From the NCBI GenBank assembly GCA_964574865.1, contig CAZNOT010000002.1, positions 1 to 47,044 of the forward strand: a stretch of 47,044 nucleotides of DNA, in the 5' to 3' direction. The stretch is from an uncultured Candidatus Saccharibacteria bacterium (GTDB lineage: Bacteria; Patescibacteriota; Minisyncoccia; Phycocordibacterales; JAACPR01). The position numbers and the translations under genes were made by a program. A model generated the notes under the pieces. That model saw only the letters and a list, made by a program, of their open reading frames with translations, made no database searches and had not been told where the DNA came from. Positions 23,789 through 32,122 of the stretch are shown in pieces; positions within the stretch are counted from its first letter, which is position 1, and every line of letters begins with the position of its first letter.

Positions 23789-25753
23789 ATGAACCGGGTG
23801 ACAGCATCGGCGGCGACGATAAAAACGCGACTCAAGTCGCGGCTGCTCCGCGCGTCTGCCGCGCTCGCCGCGCTCGCGGTCGGGTGGTGGATTCTCGTTG
23901 CCGCGGGGGTCGGCGAACTGCCCGGAAATTTTCGCTACAGCGCGACCACCGTCTCCTACGATGACTGGTTCGACGAGGCGAGCGGCACGTTCGCCGGCCC
24001 AGTTAAGTCGAGCGGAGAGCTGGTCTTTGAGCGGGTGAGTTCCGGCGGTTCGGGCGCCGGGCAGGGCGTCCCGGTCCGCGCCGTTTTCCGGCTCCTCAGC
24101 GCCGACACGAAGCAGCCGTCGCTCGTCATTGAGCGACGCTACGCCATCGACCCTGAGACGTGGGGGCACGTCTCGTCCGTCGAGGCCGACCGCAACCGCG
24201 ACGGGCACCTCTTCGCGCCGCCGGGCATCCGGGCGGGGGAGAGCTTCACCTACTGGCACCCGAACTACGACGCGCCCGCGCGGATGGACTTCGCGGGCAC
24301 GGAGAACGTTCTGGGCCTCGAGACCTACCGCTACGTCGCGGCCTTCCCCGACGGGAAGGTCGATCAGACCGCGGCTCTCGGGCACGTTTCCGGCGTCGGA
24401 AAAACTCGGGGCGTCGTGCTCGAGCCGCACCTCGAAATTTGGATTGAGCCCCAGACCGGCTGGCTCATCAAGTACGAGGATCACGCCCTCGCGTCGTTCT
24501 ACGATCTCGAGACCGGCGAGGTGCAGTCGCCGTGGAACCGCTTCCGGAACCGCTACACCGCGACCGCGGTCGAGGGCCACGTAGAGGCAGCTAGGCTGGA
24601 GGCGCTCAGGCGCGCCGCGCTCTGCTGGGGCATCCCGCTCGCGCTCCTCCTCGCCGCGCTCCTCCTCGCCGCGCTCCACGTCGTTTCGCGCCGCCCCGAT
24701 CGTCGGGCGCTGGTGGCTCGCTGGCTCCCGCGGGGCGTGGTCGCGGTTATCCTCGGCGGCACCGTCTTTTCCTGGATCGCCCTCCAGGGTTCGCTCGACC
24801 GGCGCTCTCAGATTCACCTTGCGGCTGACGCCGCGCGGATCTCGGATGCTCTCGCGAACCGAATGTCCGTCTACTCGAACACGCTGCTCTCGGCGCGCGG
24901 ACTGCTCTACTCGTCCGAGGAGGTGACCCGCGAGGAGTGGCACGCCTTCACGGAGAGCCTGAACATTCGGCGCAGCTACCCGGGGCTGCAGGCGATCAAC
25001 TGCCTGCAAATTGTCTCGGGGAGCCGCCTGGGCGCGTTCGAGGCGTCCGTGCGCGCCGGGGGTGTTCCCGATTACTCCGTGTCCCCGGCTAAACCCGCGC
25101 GAGAAATTTACGCGCCGATTGTCTTCACCGCACCGGCGGACGAGCGGAACCTCCGGGGTTTGGGGTACGACGGCCTCTCCGATCCCGTCCGGCGCGAGTT
25201 CCTCGAGCGCGCGCGGGACACCGACGCTGTGGCGCTCTCGGCCAAGATCCAGCTCGTCACGGAGAACGGGCGCGACGTGCAGCCCGGGTTCGCCGCGTGC
25301 CTTCCCACGTATGAAGCCGGCGACACGTCGACGGTCGAGGGTCGCCGTGACGCCCTCGCGGGCTACGTCTGCGCGATATTCCGCGGCCGCAACTTCGGCG
25401 AGGACGTCATCTCCGCCGGCGACTACGAGCTCCGGTTCGAAATTTTTGACGGCGACAACGCGACGTCTGAAACATCTAAAATCTTCGATAGCGAGGACGG
25501 CGCCCCGCTCGCCTCGGGTGTCTCGATCACCCAGACGGTCGATGTCTTCGGTCGCCCGTGGACGCTACGGTTTTCGGGGCCGTCCGGGTACGGGCTCTCG
25601 CTGTTCGAGCGGGTCGCGCCGTCGGGGCTGCTCGGCTTCGGCCTCTTCTCGGGGTTCTTGGTGTACGGGGCGCTGACCGCGCTGTCGGGCTTCCGACCCA
25701 GGCGAGAGGAGGACTTTTTGGACGCACCGGCGCTCCTCGCCCCCGGAGACTGA
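23789..25753 (+). CDS. four-TM membrane protein with DUF3068(PorA)-like and CHASE extracytoplasmic domains, no cytoplasmic output domain
   Basis: 654 aa. TM helices near residues 20-45, 275-297, 310-330 and 612-632. The CHASE pattern is EEWHAFTESLNIRRSYPGLQAI...IYAPIVFTAPADERNLRGLGYDGLSDPVRREFLERARDT. The C-terminal tail is only about 22 aa. Confidence 0.6.
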   Translation: MNRVTASAATIKTRLKSRLLRASAALAALAVGWWILVAAGVGELPGNFRYSATTVSYDDWFDEASGTFAGPVKSSGELVFERVSSGGSGAGQGVPVRAVFRLLSADTKQPSLVIERRYAIDPETWGHVSSVEADRNRDGHLFAPPGIRAGESFTYWHPNYDAPARMDFAGTENVLGLETYRYVAAFPDGKVDQTAALGHVSGVGKTRGVVLEPHLEIWIEPQTGWLIKYEDHALASFYDLETGEVQSPWNRFRNRYTATAVEGHVEAARLEALRRAALCWGIPLALLLAALLLAALHVVSRRPDRRALVARWLPRGVVAVILGGTVFSWIALQGSLDRRSQIHLAADAARISDALANRMSVYSNTLLSARGLLYSSEEVTREEWHAFTESLNIRRSYPGLQAINCLQIVSGSRLGAFEASVRAGGVPDYSVSPAKPAREIYAPIVFTAPADERNLRGLGYDGLSDPVRREFLERARDTDAVALSAKIQLVTENGRDVQPGFAACLPTYEAGDTSTVEGRRDALAGYVCAIFRGRNFGEDVISAGDYELRFEIFDGDNATSETSKIFDSEDGAPLASGVSITQTVDVFGRPWTLRFSGPSGYGLSLFERVAPSGLLGFGLFSGFLVYGALTALSGFRPRREEDFLDAPALLAPGD

Positions 25754-25783
25754 TTGCCGGGCGCGGCTCTTCTTGCGGGGTGG

Positions 25784-25789
25784 TAAGAT
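25784..25789 (+). promoter_or_regulatory. -10 box TAAGAT upstream of gap
   Basis: TGgTAAGAT, 28 nt before ATG 25818. Confidence 0.45.
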
Positions 25790-25817
25790 TCCTGCGTTAG
25801 CCGGCTTAATTTTCTGT

Positions 25818-26840
25818 ATGGCAATCAAGGTGGGAATCAACGGGTGCGGCCGAATCGGGCGGGCGTTCGCGAAGCTCGCGGCGCAGGACCCGGAGGTCGA
25901 GGTGGTGGCGGTGAACGACCTCGCCGACATCGGCAATATCGCGTACCTGCTCAACTACGACTCAGCCTACGGGCGGAGCGGCCTGAACGCGTCGGCGGAT
26001 AAAGCTGCGGGCACGCTCTCGATTGCCGGCAAGACGGTGAGGTACCTGTCCGAGAAGGAGCCCGAGAAGCTGCCGTGGGGCGCGCTCGGCGTCGACGTCG
26101 TCGTCGAGTCGACCGGCCGCTTCACCAGCCGCGCGGCGGCCGAGGCGCACATCAAGGCGGGTGCCAAGCGCGTCGTCATTTCCGCGCCGGCGAAGGATGC
26201 GGAGGGCGCCGCCAAAGCTGCGACCGCGCTCATCGGCGTGAACGAGGAGGCGATCGCGACCTGCCCGGTCACGTCGAACGCTTCCTGCACGACGAACGCG
26301 GCCTCGCCGCTGATCGCCATTCTCGACGCCGCCATCGGCATCGAGCGCGCGATTCTCAACACCGTCCACGGCTACACCGCCTCGCAGTCCCTGGTCGACG
26401 GCCCCAACGCGAAGGACTGGCGCGAGGGCCGCGCGGCGGCGATGAACATCGTGCCGTCCTCTACCGGCGCCGCGATCGCGGTGACCCAGGCGTACCCGTC
26501 GCTCTCGGGCAAGTTCGACGGCATCTCGGTGCGCGTGCCGGTCGTCACCGGCTCGATCGTGGACATCACCTTCGTCGCGAAGCGCGCGACCTCGGCCGAG
26601 GAGGTGAACTCGATTCTCCGCGCCGCCGCGGCCGAGTCGCGCTGGGCCGGCACTTTCGCCGCCACCGACGAGGAGCTCGTCTCGCGCGACATCGTCGGCG
26701 CCCCCCACGCTTCCATCGCCGACCTCAAGATGACCCGCGTCGTCGACGGCGTGCTCGTGAAGGTCCTCGCCTGGTACGACAACGAGATGGGGTACACCCA
26801 CACGCTGCTGCGGCACGTGAAGCTCGCGGCGAAGAGCTAG
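25818..26840 (+). CDS. gap: type I glyceraldehyde-3-phosphate dehydrogenase
   Basis: The conserved start MAIKVGINGCGRIGR is at ATG 25818 (the ORF opens at 25773). The active-site SNASCTTN motif is present. Confidence 0.92.
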   Translation: MAIKVGINGCGRIGRAFAKLAAQDPEVEVVAVNDLADIGNIAYLLNYDSAYGRSGLNASADKAAGTLSIAGKTVRYLSEKEPEKLPWGALGVDVVVESTGRFTSRAAAEAHIKAGAKRVVISAPAKDAEGAAKAATALIGVNEEAIATCPVTSNASCTTNAASPLIAILDAAIGIERAILNTVHGYTASQSLVDGPNAKDWREGRAAAMNIVPSSTGAAIAVTQAYPSLSGKFDGISVRVPVVTGSIVDITFVAKRATSAEEVNSILRAAAAESRWAGTFAATDEELVSRDIVGAPHASIADLKMTRVVDGVLVKVLAWYDNEMGYTHTLLRHVKLAAKS

Positions 26841-26848
26841 CGATTCCC

Positions 26849-27301
26849 ATGCGCGTCGCCATCGCCGCGGATCACGCCGGGTACGAGCTAAAAGAGGCGA
26901 TTGAAGCGCGCCTCCTGTCGCTCGGCCACGAGGTCGAGGACTGCGGCGCGCGCGCCTTCGAGCCGGACGACGACTACGTCGGCTTCTGCGCCGCGGCCGC
27001 GCGGATGGTGTCGCGCGGCGACGCGGACCGCGCCGTCGTCATCGGCGGCTCGGGGCAGGGTGAGGCGATGGTCGCGAACCGCTTCCGCGGCGTCCGCTGC
27101 GCGGTGTGGTACGGCGGCGACCCGGCGCTAGTGCGCCTCTCGCGCGAGCACAACGACGCGAACGCGCTCTCGCTCGGCGCTCGGTTCGTGGGTGTGGCCG
27201 AGGCAATTCAGGCCGTCGAAATGTGGCTCGCGGTGCCGTTCTCGGGCGAGTCGCGCCACGCGCGCCGCATCGGGCGATTAGAAGAAGAGGCTGGCGCGTA
27301 G
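26849..27301 (+). CDS. rpiB: ribose-5-phosphate isomerase B
   Basis: 150 aa, read from ATG 26849 inside the longer ORF 26075..27301. MRVAIAADHAGYELK...VIGGSGQGEAMVANR is the RpiB/LacAB pattern. Confidence 0.88.
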   Translation: MRVAIAADHAGYELKEAIEARLLSLGHEVEDCGARAFEPDDDYVGFCAAAARMVSRGDADRAVVIGGSGQGEAMVANRFRGVRCAVWYGGDPALVRLSREHNDANALSLGARFVGVAEAIQAVEMWLAVPFSGESRHARRIGRLEEEAGA

Positions 27302-27314
27302 TAAGTTCTACCCC

Positions 27315-28001
27315 ATGAGCCTACAGGTGGTGCCGGCCGTGATTCCCGAGAGCCGTGATGACCTCGCGGAAAAATTGGCGCGCCTGCGGGGCGTCTCGCC
27401 GGTCGTTCACGTCGACGTCTGCGACGGGAAGTTCGTGCCGAGCCGGTCGTGGCCGGTGTCGGGGGACGGCGGCGAGTGGGCGGCAATTGCGGCGCAGGAG
27501 GAGGGTCTCCCGATGTGGGAGAGCTTCGAGTTCGAGTTCGACATCATGGCCGAGAACCCGCTCGCGCTCGCGAACGAGGCGATCGAGGCCGGCGCGGCGC
27601 GCGTCTTCTTGCACCTCGAAGCGCCGGGCGCGACCGACGCGTTCGGGGCGCTGATCGCCGACGGCCGCGCCGAGATTTGGCTCGCGGGCGGCGCGGGCCT
27701 CGACCTCGCGCCGCACCTCGAGAAAATTGGCCGCGCGGCCGGGTTCCTGCAGATGGGTATCGAGAAGATCGGCTTCCAGGGGCAGACGTTCTCGCCGCGG
27801 GCGCTCGAGAACGTCCGCGCTGTCCGCGAGGCGTTCCCCGAGCTGCCGATCGCGTTCGATGGCGCCGTATCGGCCGAGACCGCGGCGGCAATCGTGGGGG
27901 CAGGCGCGACGCGGCTCATCGCCGGATCGGCGATCGTGGGAGCGGAGAACCCGCGGGAGGCTGCGGAAGACATCGAGGTAGCGGCGGGAGGGGAAATGTA
28001 G
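27315..28001 (+). CDS. divergent ribulose-phosphate 3-epimerase-family TIM-barrel protein
   Basis: 228 aa. HVDVCDGKFVP resembles the Rpe HxDxMDGxFVP motif. The pentose-phosphate gene context also fits. Confidence 0.6.
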   Translation: MSLQVVPAVIPESRDDLAEKLARLRGVSPVVHVDVCDGKFVPSRSWPVSGDGGEWAAIAAQEEGLPMWESFEFEFDIMAENPLALANEAIEAGAARVFLHLEAPGATDAFGALIADGRAEIWLAGGAGLDLAPHLEKIGRAAGFLQMGIEKIGFQGQTFSPRALENVRAVREAFPELPIAFDGAVSAETAAAIVGAGATRLIAGSAIVGAENPREAAEDIEVAAGGEM

Positions 28002-28019
28002 CCGAGGGCGTTTTCAAAA

Positions 28020-28052
28020 AGAGAAGCCGCGCCCGGAGGGCGCGGCTTCTCT
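28020..28052. terminator. bidirectional terminator hairpin between convergent genes
   Basis: AGAGAAGCCGCGCCC / GGGCGCGGCTTCTCT stem of about 15 bp. The T-tract (TTTTTG) is on the minus-strand side. Confidence 0.8.
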
Positions 28053-28068
28053 CGCGGGTTCGGCTGAA

Positions 28069-28602
28069 CTAAATTTCTTCTTCGGCTGCCGTTTCCTCTT
28101 CCGGCTCGGATTCGTCCTGCGCCGCGCCGGTCGGGACCTGCTCCTGCTCGGGATTCACCACGAGCACGCCCGCGTTCACGAGAATCTTGCGGCTCGGGCT
28201 GTAGATGAAGGCCTGCTGCGTCGAGCGGTACACGACCAGGAGGTCGCCGTTCTGCGCGTTCTTGAAGAACGGCTCGGTCGCCTGGGTCTTGTCGATGGGG
28301 AAGACGCCCGGCACCTCGTCCTCCGGTAGGAGGATGTGGTCCCTCATTGCCGCGACGATGCGTCGCGCCTGCGCCTCGGGATCGCGGAGCTCCTTGTTTT
28401 CCTGGTGGAGCGTGTACGCCCAGTACGACACGCCGGCGAGCGCGAGGAGTAGAACCCAGAACATGAGGCCGCGACGCTTTTTCGGGCGCGGCGGCAGCGC
28501 GGCGACGGTCGACTTCACGGTTTCGGCGACAGGCGGTTGGGTAGCCATCGGTGCTTCTTTTTTTAGATCGACTTGCTCAGTCTGTTTTTTGCTGCGGGCC
28601 AT
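28069..28602 (-). CDS. bitopic membrane protein with acidic C-terminal tail, hypothetical
   Basis: The ORF runs to 28755, but ATG 28602 (MARSKKQ) lies 6 nt after an extended -10 (TGCTACGAT). TM helix LMFWVLLLALAGVSYWAY. Tail DESEPEEETAAEEEI. Confidence 0.55.
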   Translation of the reverse strand: MARSKKQTEQVDLKKEAPMATQPPVAETVKSTVAALPPRPKKRRGLMFWVLLLALAGVSYWAYTLHQENKELRDPEAQARRIVAAMRDHILLPEDEVPGVFPIDKTQATEPFFKNAQNGDLLVVYRSTQQAFIYSPSRKILVNAGVLVVNPEQEQVPTGAAQDESEPEEETAAEEEI

Positions 28603-28608
28603 GCGCGA

Positions 28609-28614
28609 ATCGTA
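28609..28614 (-). promoter_or_regulatory. extended -10 TGcTACGAT (minus strand), 6 nt before ATG 28602
   Basis: The plus strand reads ATCGTAGCA. Confidence 0.45.
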
Positions 28615-28734
28615 GCACCGCGCCGCCCGGGCGCCACGTAATTTCGCCGGTGAGCGGTGGAAAACTTTCGCGCCGTGGCAGCGTGGCTCGGCCTTGCGGT
28701 GAGGTCGAGCCCTGATACCGCGGCGCGAACTTGA

Positions 28735-28740
28735 TACAAT
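28735..28740 (+). promoter_or_regulatory. -10 box TACAAT, 8 nt before tkt ATG 28749
   Basis: TTGATACAAT context. Confidence 0.55.
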
Positions 28741-28748
28741 TGCCGGGC

Positions 28749-29621
28749 ATGCCACTCACCGATGAACGGATCTGCGGGCTCGAGGCGCACGCGACGAGCA
28801 TTCGTCGCTCGATAATCGAGATGCTCGTCGAGGCCGGTTCGGGTCACACGGCCGGGCCGCTCGGCATGTCCGATGTTTTCACCTACCTCTACGCGGAAGG
28901 TTTGCGCCACAAGCCGAAAGATCCCGAATGGGAAGACCGCGACCGCCTCGTGCTGTCCAACGGCCACATTTGCCCGGTCCTGTACGCGGCGATGGCCGAA
29001 GTCGGCTACTTCCCGCACGCCGAGCTCGAGACTCTGCGGAAGTTCGGCTCGCGTCTCCAGGGTCACCCGCACCGCGAGTACCTGCCGGGCCTCGAGACCT
29101 CGTCTGGCCCGCTCGGTGCGGGCCTCGCGCAAGCGGCCGGCATGGCGCTCGCCGATCGCCTCGACCGCGGCGCCTCTTCCGAGCGCTGGTTCTACTGCCT
29201 CCTCGGCGACGGCGAGCTCGACGAGGGTTCGAACTGGGAGGCGGCGATGTTCGCCGCCAAAGAGAAGCTGCACCGCCTCATCGCGATCGTCGACCGTAAC
29301 CACATTCAGATTGACGGCTTCACCGAAGACGTCATGCCGCTCGACGAGCTCGCCGCCAAGTGGCGCGCGTTCAACTGGCACGTTCAGGAAATCGACGGCC
29401 ACAGCTTCGAGGCTATCGACGCCGCAATCTCTGAGGCGAAGGCCGACTTCAACCGCCCGTCCGTCATCATCGCCAAGACCGTGCCCGGCAAGGGCGTGCC
29501 CGAGTTCGAGCGCCGCCCCGAGTGGCACGGCAAGCCGCCGAAGTCTAAAGAGGAGGTCGCGGCTGCCATGAAGGCGCTGCGCACCCTCGAGGGCCGAGTC
29601 TGCTGCGCCGATCACGAGTAA
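28749..29621 (+). CDS. transketolase, N-terminal (TPP-binding) subunit
   Basis: SGHTAGPLG, the GDGELDEGSNWEA TPP motif, and split-gene organisation with the next ORF. ATG 28749 lies 8 nt after TACAAT. Confidence 0.9.
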   Translation: MPLTDERICGLEAHATSIRRSIIEMLVEAGSGHTAGPLGMSDVFTYLYAEGLRHKPKDPEWEDRDRLVLSNGHICPVLYAAMAEVGYFPHAELETLRKFGSRLQGHPHREYLPGLETSSGPLGAGLAQAAGMALADRLDRGASSERWFYCLLGDGELDEGSNWEAAMFAAKEKLHRLIAIVDRNHIQIDGFTEDVMPLDELAAKWRAFNWHVQEIDGHSFEAIDAAISEAKADFNRPSVIIAKTVPGKGVPEFERRPEWHGKPPKSKEEVAAAMKALRTLEGRVCCADHE

Positions 29622-29625
29622 ATTT

Positions 29626-30621
29626 ATGATGAACGAAGACGCCAAACTCAACCCCAACCTCGCCGAGGTTGACTGCGAGCAGCAGCCGATCCGCAAAGGG
29701 TTCGGCGAAGGTCTCCTCACGGCGGGCGGGAAAGACGAGCGGGTGGTAGCGCTCTGCGCCGACCTCACCGAGTCGACGCAGATGCACCTGTTCCGCGACG
29801 CGTTCCCCGAACGCTTCGTCCAGGTTGGCGTGGCCGAGCAGAACCTCGTCGGCGTCGCTTCGGGCATGGCCGCGATGGGGAAGACCCCTTTTTGCTCGAG
29901 CTACGCAATGTTTAGCCCCGGCCGCAGCTGGGAGCAGATTCGCACTACCGTCGCCTACAACAATCAGCCGGTGATCATTGTCGGCTCGCACGCGGGCGTA
30001 TCAGTTGGCCCCGACGGCGGCACCCACCAGGCGATCGAGGACATCGCCATCACGCGGGTCATCCCGCGTATGGTCATCGTCTCTCCTTGTGACGCGATCG
30101 AGGCCAAGAAGGCGACGCTCGCGCTCGCGGCGCTGCGCCAGCCGAGCTACCTGCGCCTCGCGCGCGAGAAGACCCCGGTCATCACGACCGAGGAGACCCC
30201 GTTCGAAATTGGGAAGGCGCAGATTTTCTGGCAGCCGGAAGAGGGGAAGCCGCAGGTGGGTATCATCGCGACCGGCGCACTCGTGGCGAAGGCGCTCGAG
30301 GCGGCGCGTTCGCTGGAGGAGGACGGCATCGCGGCGACCGTGCTCAACGTGCACACCGTCAAGCCGCTCGACGAAGATGCGGTGCTTTCGCTCGCGGAGG
30401 ATGCCGGCTGCCTGGTGACGGTCGAGGAGCATCAGGTCGCGGGCGGCCTCGGCTCGGCCGTTGCGGAGCTCCTCGCGGCGCAGCTCCCGACGCCGATTGA
30501 ATTCGTCGGCGTGGCAGACCGCTTCGGCCAGTCCGGTAAGCCGGATGAGCTGATCGAGGCGTACGGGATGGGCACGAACTCAATTTTAGAAGCTTGCACC
30601 CGCGCTATCGCCCGAAAATAG
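29626..30621 (+). CDS. transketolase, C-terminal (pyrimidine-binding) subunit
   Basis: 331 aa. FVQVGVAEQNLVGVASGMA and GPDGGTHQAIEDIA motifs. Confidence 0.9.
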   Translation: MMNEDAKLNPNLAEVDCEQQPIRKGFGEGLLTAGGKDERVVALCADLTESTQMHLFRDAFPERFVQVGVAEQNLVGVASGMAAMGKTPFCSSYAMFSPGRSWEQIRTTVAYNNQPVIIVGSHAGVSVGPDGGTHQAIEDIAITRVIPRMVIVSPCDAIEAKKATLALAALRQPSYLRLAREKTPVITTEETPFEIGKAQIFWQPEEGKPQVGIIATGALVAKALEAARSLEEDGIAATVLNVHTVKPLDEDAVLSLAEDAGCLVTVEEHQVAGGLGSAVAELLAAQLPTPIEFVGVADRFGQSGKPDELIEAYGMGTNSILEACTRAIARK

Positions 30622-30732
30622 TTTCCAAATAACGGCGAACGCCGAGCGCTTGGCCTCTGAAAAATTATCGCCGCCCGGTCTCGGGATTCTCAGGAATTGA
30701 AATCTAGGCCTGAATCTGGGCGCGGGGAACAG

Positions 30733-30750
30733 AAAAGCCCCAAAGGGGCT
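30733..30750 (-). terminator. rho-independent terminator (minus strand)
   Basis: AGCCCC-AAA-GGGGCT hairpin, followed on the minus strand by TTTTCTGTT. Confidence 0.65.
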
Positions 30751-30770
30751 CTGTGGGGGGTGAGGGCCGG

Positions 30771-31010
30771 TTAGCCCTCAAAGAACTCTGTTAGCTGGGC
30801 GGTGAGCTGGGCGATTCGCTCCACAACGTTCTTCGTTTCGGCCGGACCGGCGTCTCTGCCCTCGAGTTGCTGGAGCTCGATGATTGCGGCCGATAGCTGC
30901 TGAATCTTCTCGCGGCGCACGAGCTTAATCGCCTCGTCGTTCTCCGGGGTGAACGCGGTTCCCGGTGAGACGGTCGAGACCCTTTTCGCGTCGTAATCCT
31001 CTTTTTCCAT
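30771..31010 (-). CDS. small coiled-coil hypothetical protein
   Basis: 79 aa with ordinary, non-shadow composition. TAGAAT lies 12 nt upstream and a terminator lies downstream. Confidence 0.5.
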   Translation of the reverse strand: MEKEDYDAKRVSTVSPGTAFTPENDEAIKLVRREKIQQLSAAIIELQQLEGRDAGPAETKNVVERIAQLTAQLTEFFEG

Positions 31011-31022
31011 AGTTTGGAATTT

Positions 31023-31028
31023 ATTCTA
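31023..31028 (-). promoter_or_regulatory. -10 box TAGAAT (minus strand), 12 nt before ATG 31010
   Basis: The plus strand reads ATTCTA. Confidence 0.5.
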
Positions 31029-31038
31029 ACCTTCGCCG

Positions 31039-32043
31039 CTACGCTTGGGAAACGGCGTAGCTTTCGGGTGCTGTCGCGAGCCGGGCCTCCAGCTCTGCCC
31101 GCGGCAAAAGGCCTGCCTGCGCGCCAACCTTCTCGACGACGGACGCCGAGTTCACCGGGCCCCAGCGGAGCGCCTCGGCCAGGGGGAGCCCCAGCGCGAG
31201 CGCGGCGGTGATGGTCGAGGCGGTCGCATCGCCCGCGCCAGTACGATCGACGGGCGGGACGCGGTCGGGGAACATTGGGGTGCGCAGGATGAGGCCGTCC
31301 TCACCTTGAGCGTACGCGCCGTTCGGCCCGTCGGTGATGACCGCAATCTTGGGACCGAGCGCGCGCACCTGCGGCAGGAGCTCGGGAATCGAAAGAGGCG
31401 CAATGCCCAGAATCCTCTCGGCTTCTTCCTTGTTGCAGAAGAAGATATCGCTGCGGGCGTAGATTCGCGAGAGCTTCTCCTTGCCGAGCTTCATCTGGAA
31501 GGTTCCCGGCTGGAAGGCGAGCTTGGTCTCGGGGTGCCGCTCGAGGTAGTCGGCGATCTCGCCGTGGTACGCCTCCGAGTTTTCGGCCAGCGACGAGAGG
31601 TAGAGCCACTTCGGCGCGGGCGTTACCTCGGGAAACTTGTACGGCCACGGCGCGTGCTTCACCAGGATGGTGCGCTCGGCGCCGAACTGCAGGACGTAGT
31701 GGTAGTTGGTGGGGAAGTTCGCGTCCGTCGAGACGTGCTCGTCCGAGACGCCGTTCCCTTTGAGCGTCTCCCGGCACTTCGCGCCCTCCTCGTCGTTCCC
31801 GACCCACGCCACGAGCCCCGCTTTCAGGCCGAGGCGCGCCGCCGACACCGCCGCGTTCGCGCTGTTGCCGACCGCGCGCACGACCTCCACCGACTCGAAC
31901 GGCACCTTGTCGCCGAACACGACGCAGAGACCCTGACCCTTCGTGGCCGACGTGCCGTCCTTGTCCACCCACGCGTCGCCGAGCTTGATAAACGCGTCTG
32001 TCACGATGTCGCCGATGGCGAGGAAGTCCAGTTGTTCTTTCAT
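31039..32043 (-). CDS. PfkB-family carbohydrate/sugar-phosphate kinase
   Basis: 334 aa from ATG 32043 (the ORF extends to 32460). N-terminal LAIGDIVTDAF, GNSANAAV, and the C-terminal DRTGAGDATASTI signature. Substrate unknown. Confidence 0.8.
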   Translation of the reverse strand: MKEQLDFLAIGDIVTDAFIKLGDAWVDKDGTSATKGQGLCVVFGDKVPFESVEVVRAVGNSANAAVSAARLGLKAGLVAWVGNDEEGAKCRETLKGNGVSDEHVSTDANFPTNYHYVLQFGAERTILVKHAPWPYKFPEVTPAPKWLYLSSLAENSEAYHGEIADYLERHPETKLAFQPGTFQMKLGKEKLSRIYARSDIFFCNKEEAERILGIAPLSIPELLPQVRALGPKIAVITDGPNGAYAQGEDGLILRTPMFPDRVPPVDRTGAGDATASTITAALALGLPLAEALRWGPVNSASVVEKVGAQAGLLPRAELEARLATAPESYAVSQA

Positions 32044-32052
32044 TGCCCGCGG

Positions 32053-32058
32053 ATTATA
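32053..32058 (-). promoter_or_regulatory. -10 box TATAAT (minus strand), 9 nt before pfkB-type ATG 32043
   Basis: GCTATAATCCGC on the minus strand. It is the twin of the fba promoter. Confidence 0.6.
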
Positions 32059-32108
32059 GCTTTCCAAAAGAAAAGCCGCTCGGTCGGGGCGCCGGATTGC
32101 CCGGCTGC

Positions 32109-32114
32109 TATAAT
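32109..32114 (+). promoter_or_regulatory. -10 box TATAAT, 8 nt before fba ATG 32123
   Basis: GCTATAATCCGC on the plus strand. Confidence 0.6.
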
Positions 32115-32122
32115 CCGCCCAC

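Noticed and set aside
22974-23807. A minus-strand 277-aa Pro/Ser/Glu-rich ORF, considered as a possible proline-rich surface protein.
   Set aside because: It is the exact antisense of the Asp/Ser/Gly repeat tail of the 1261-aa gene. The repeat composition generates it automatically, and it has no signal peptide or promoter.
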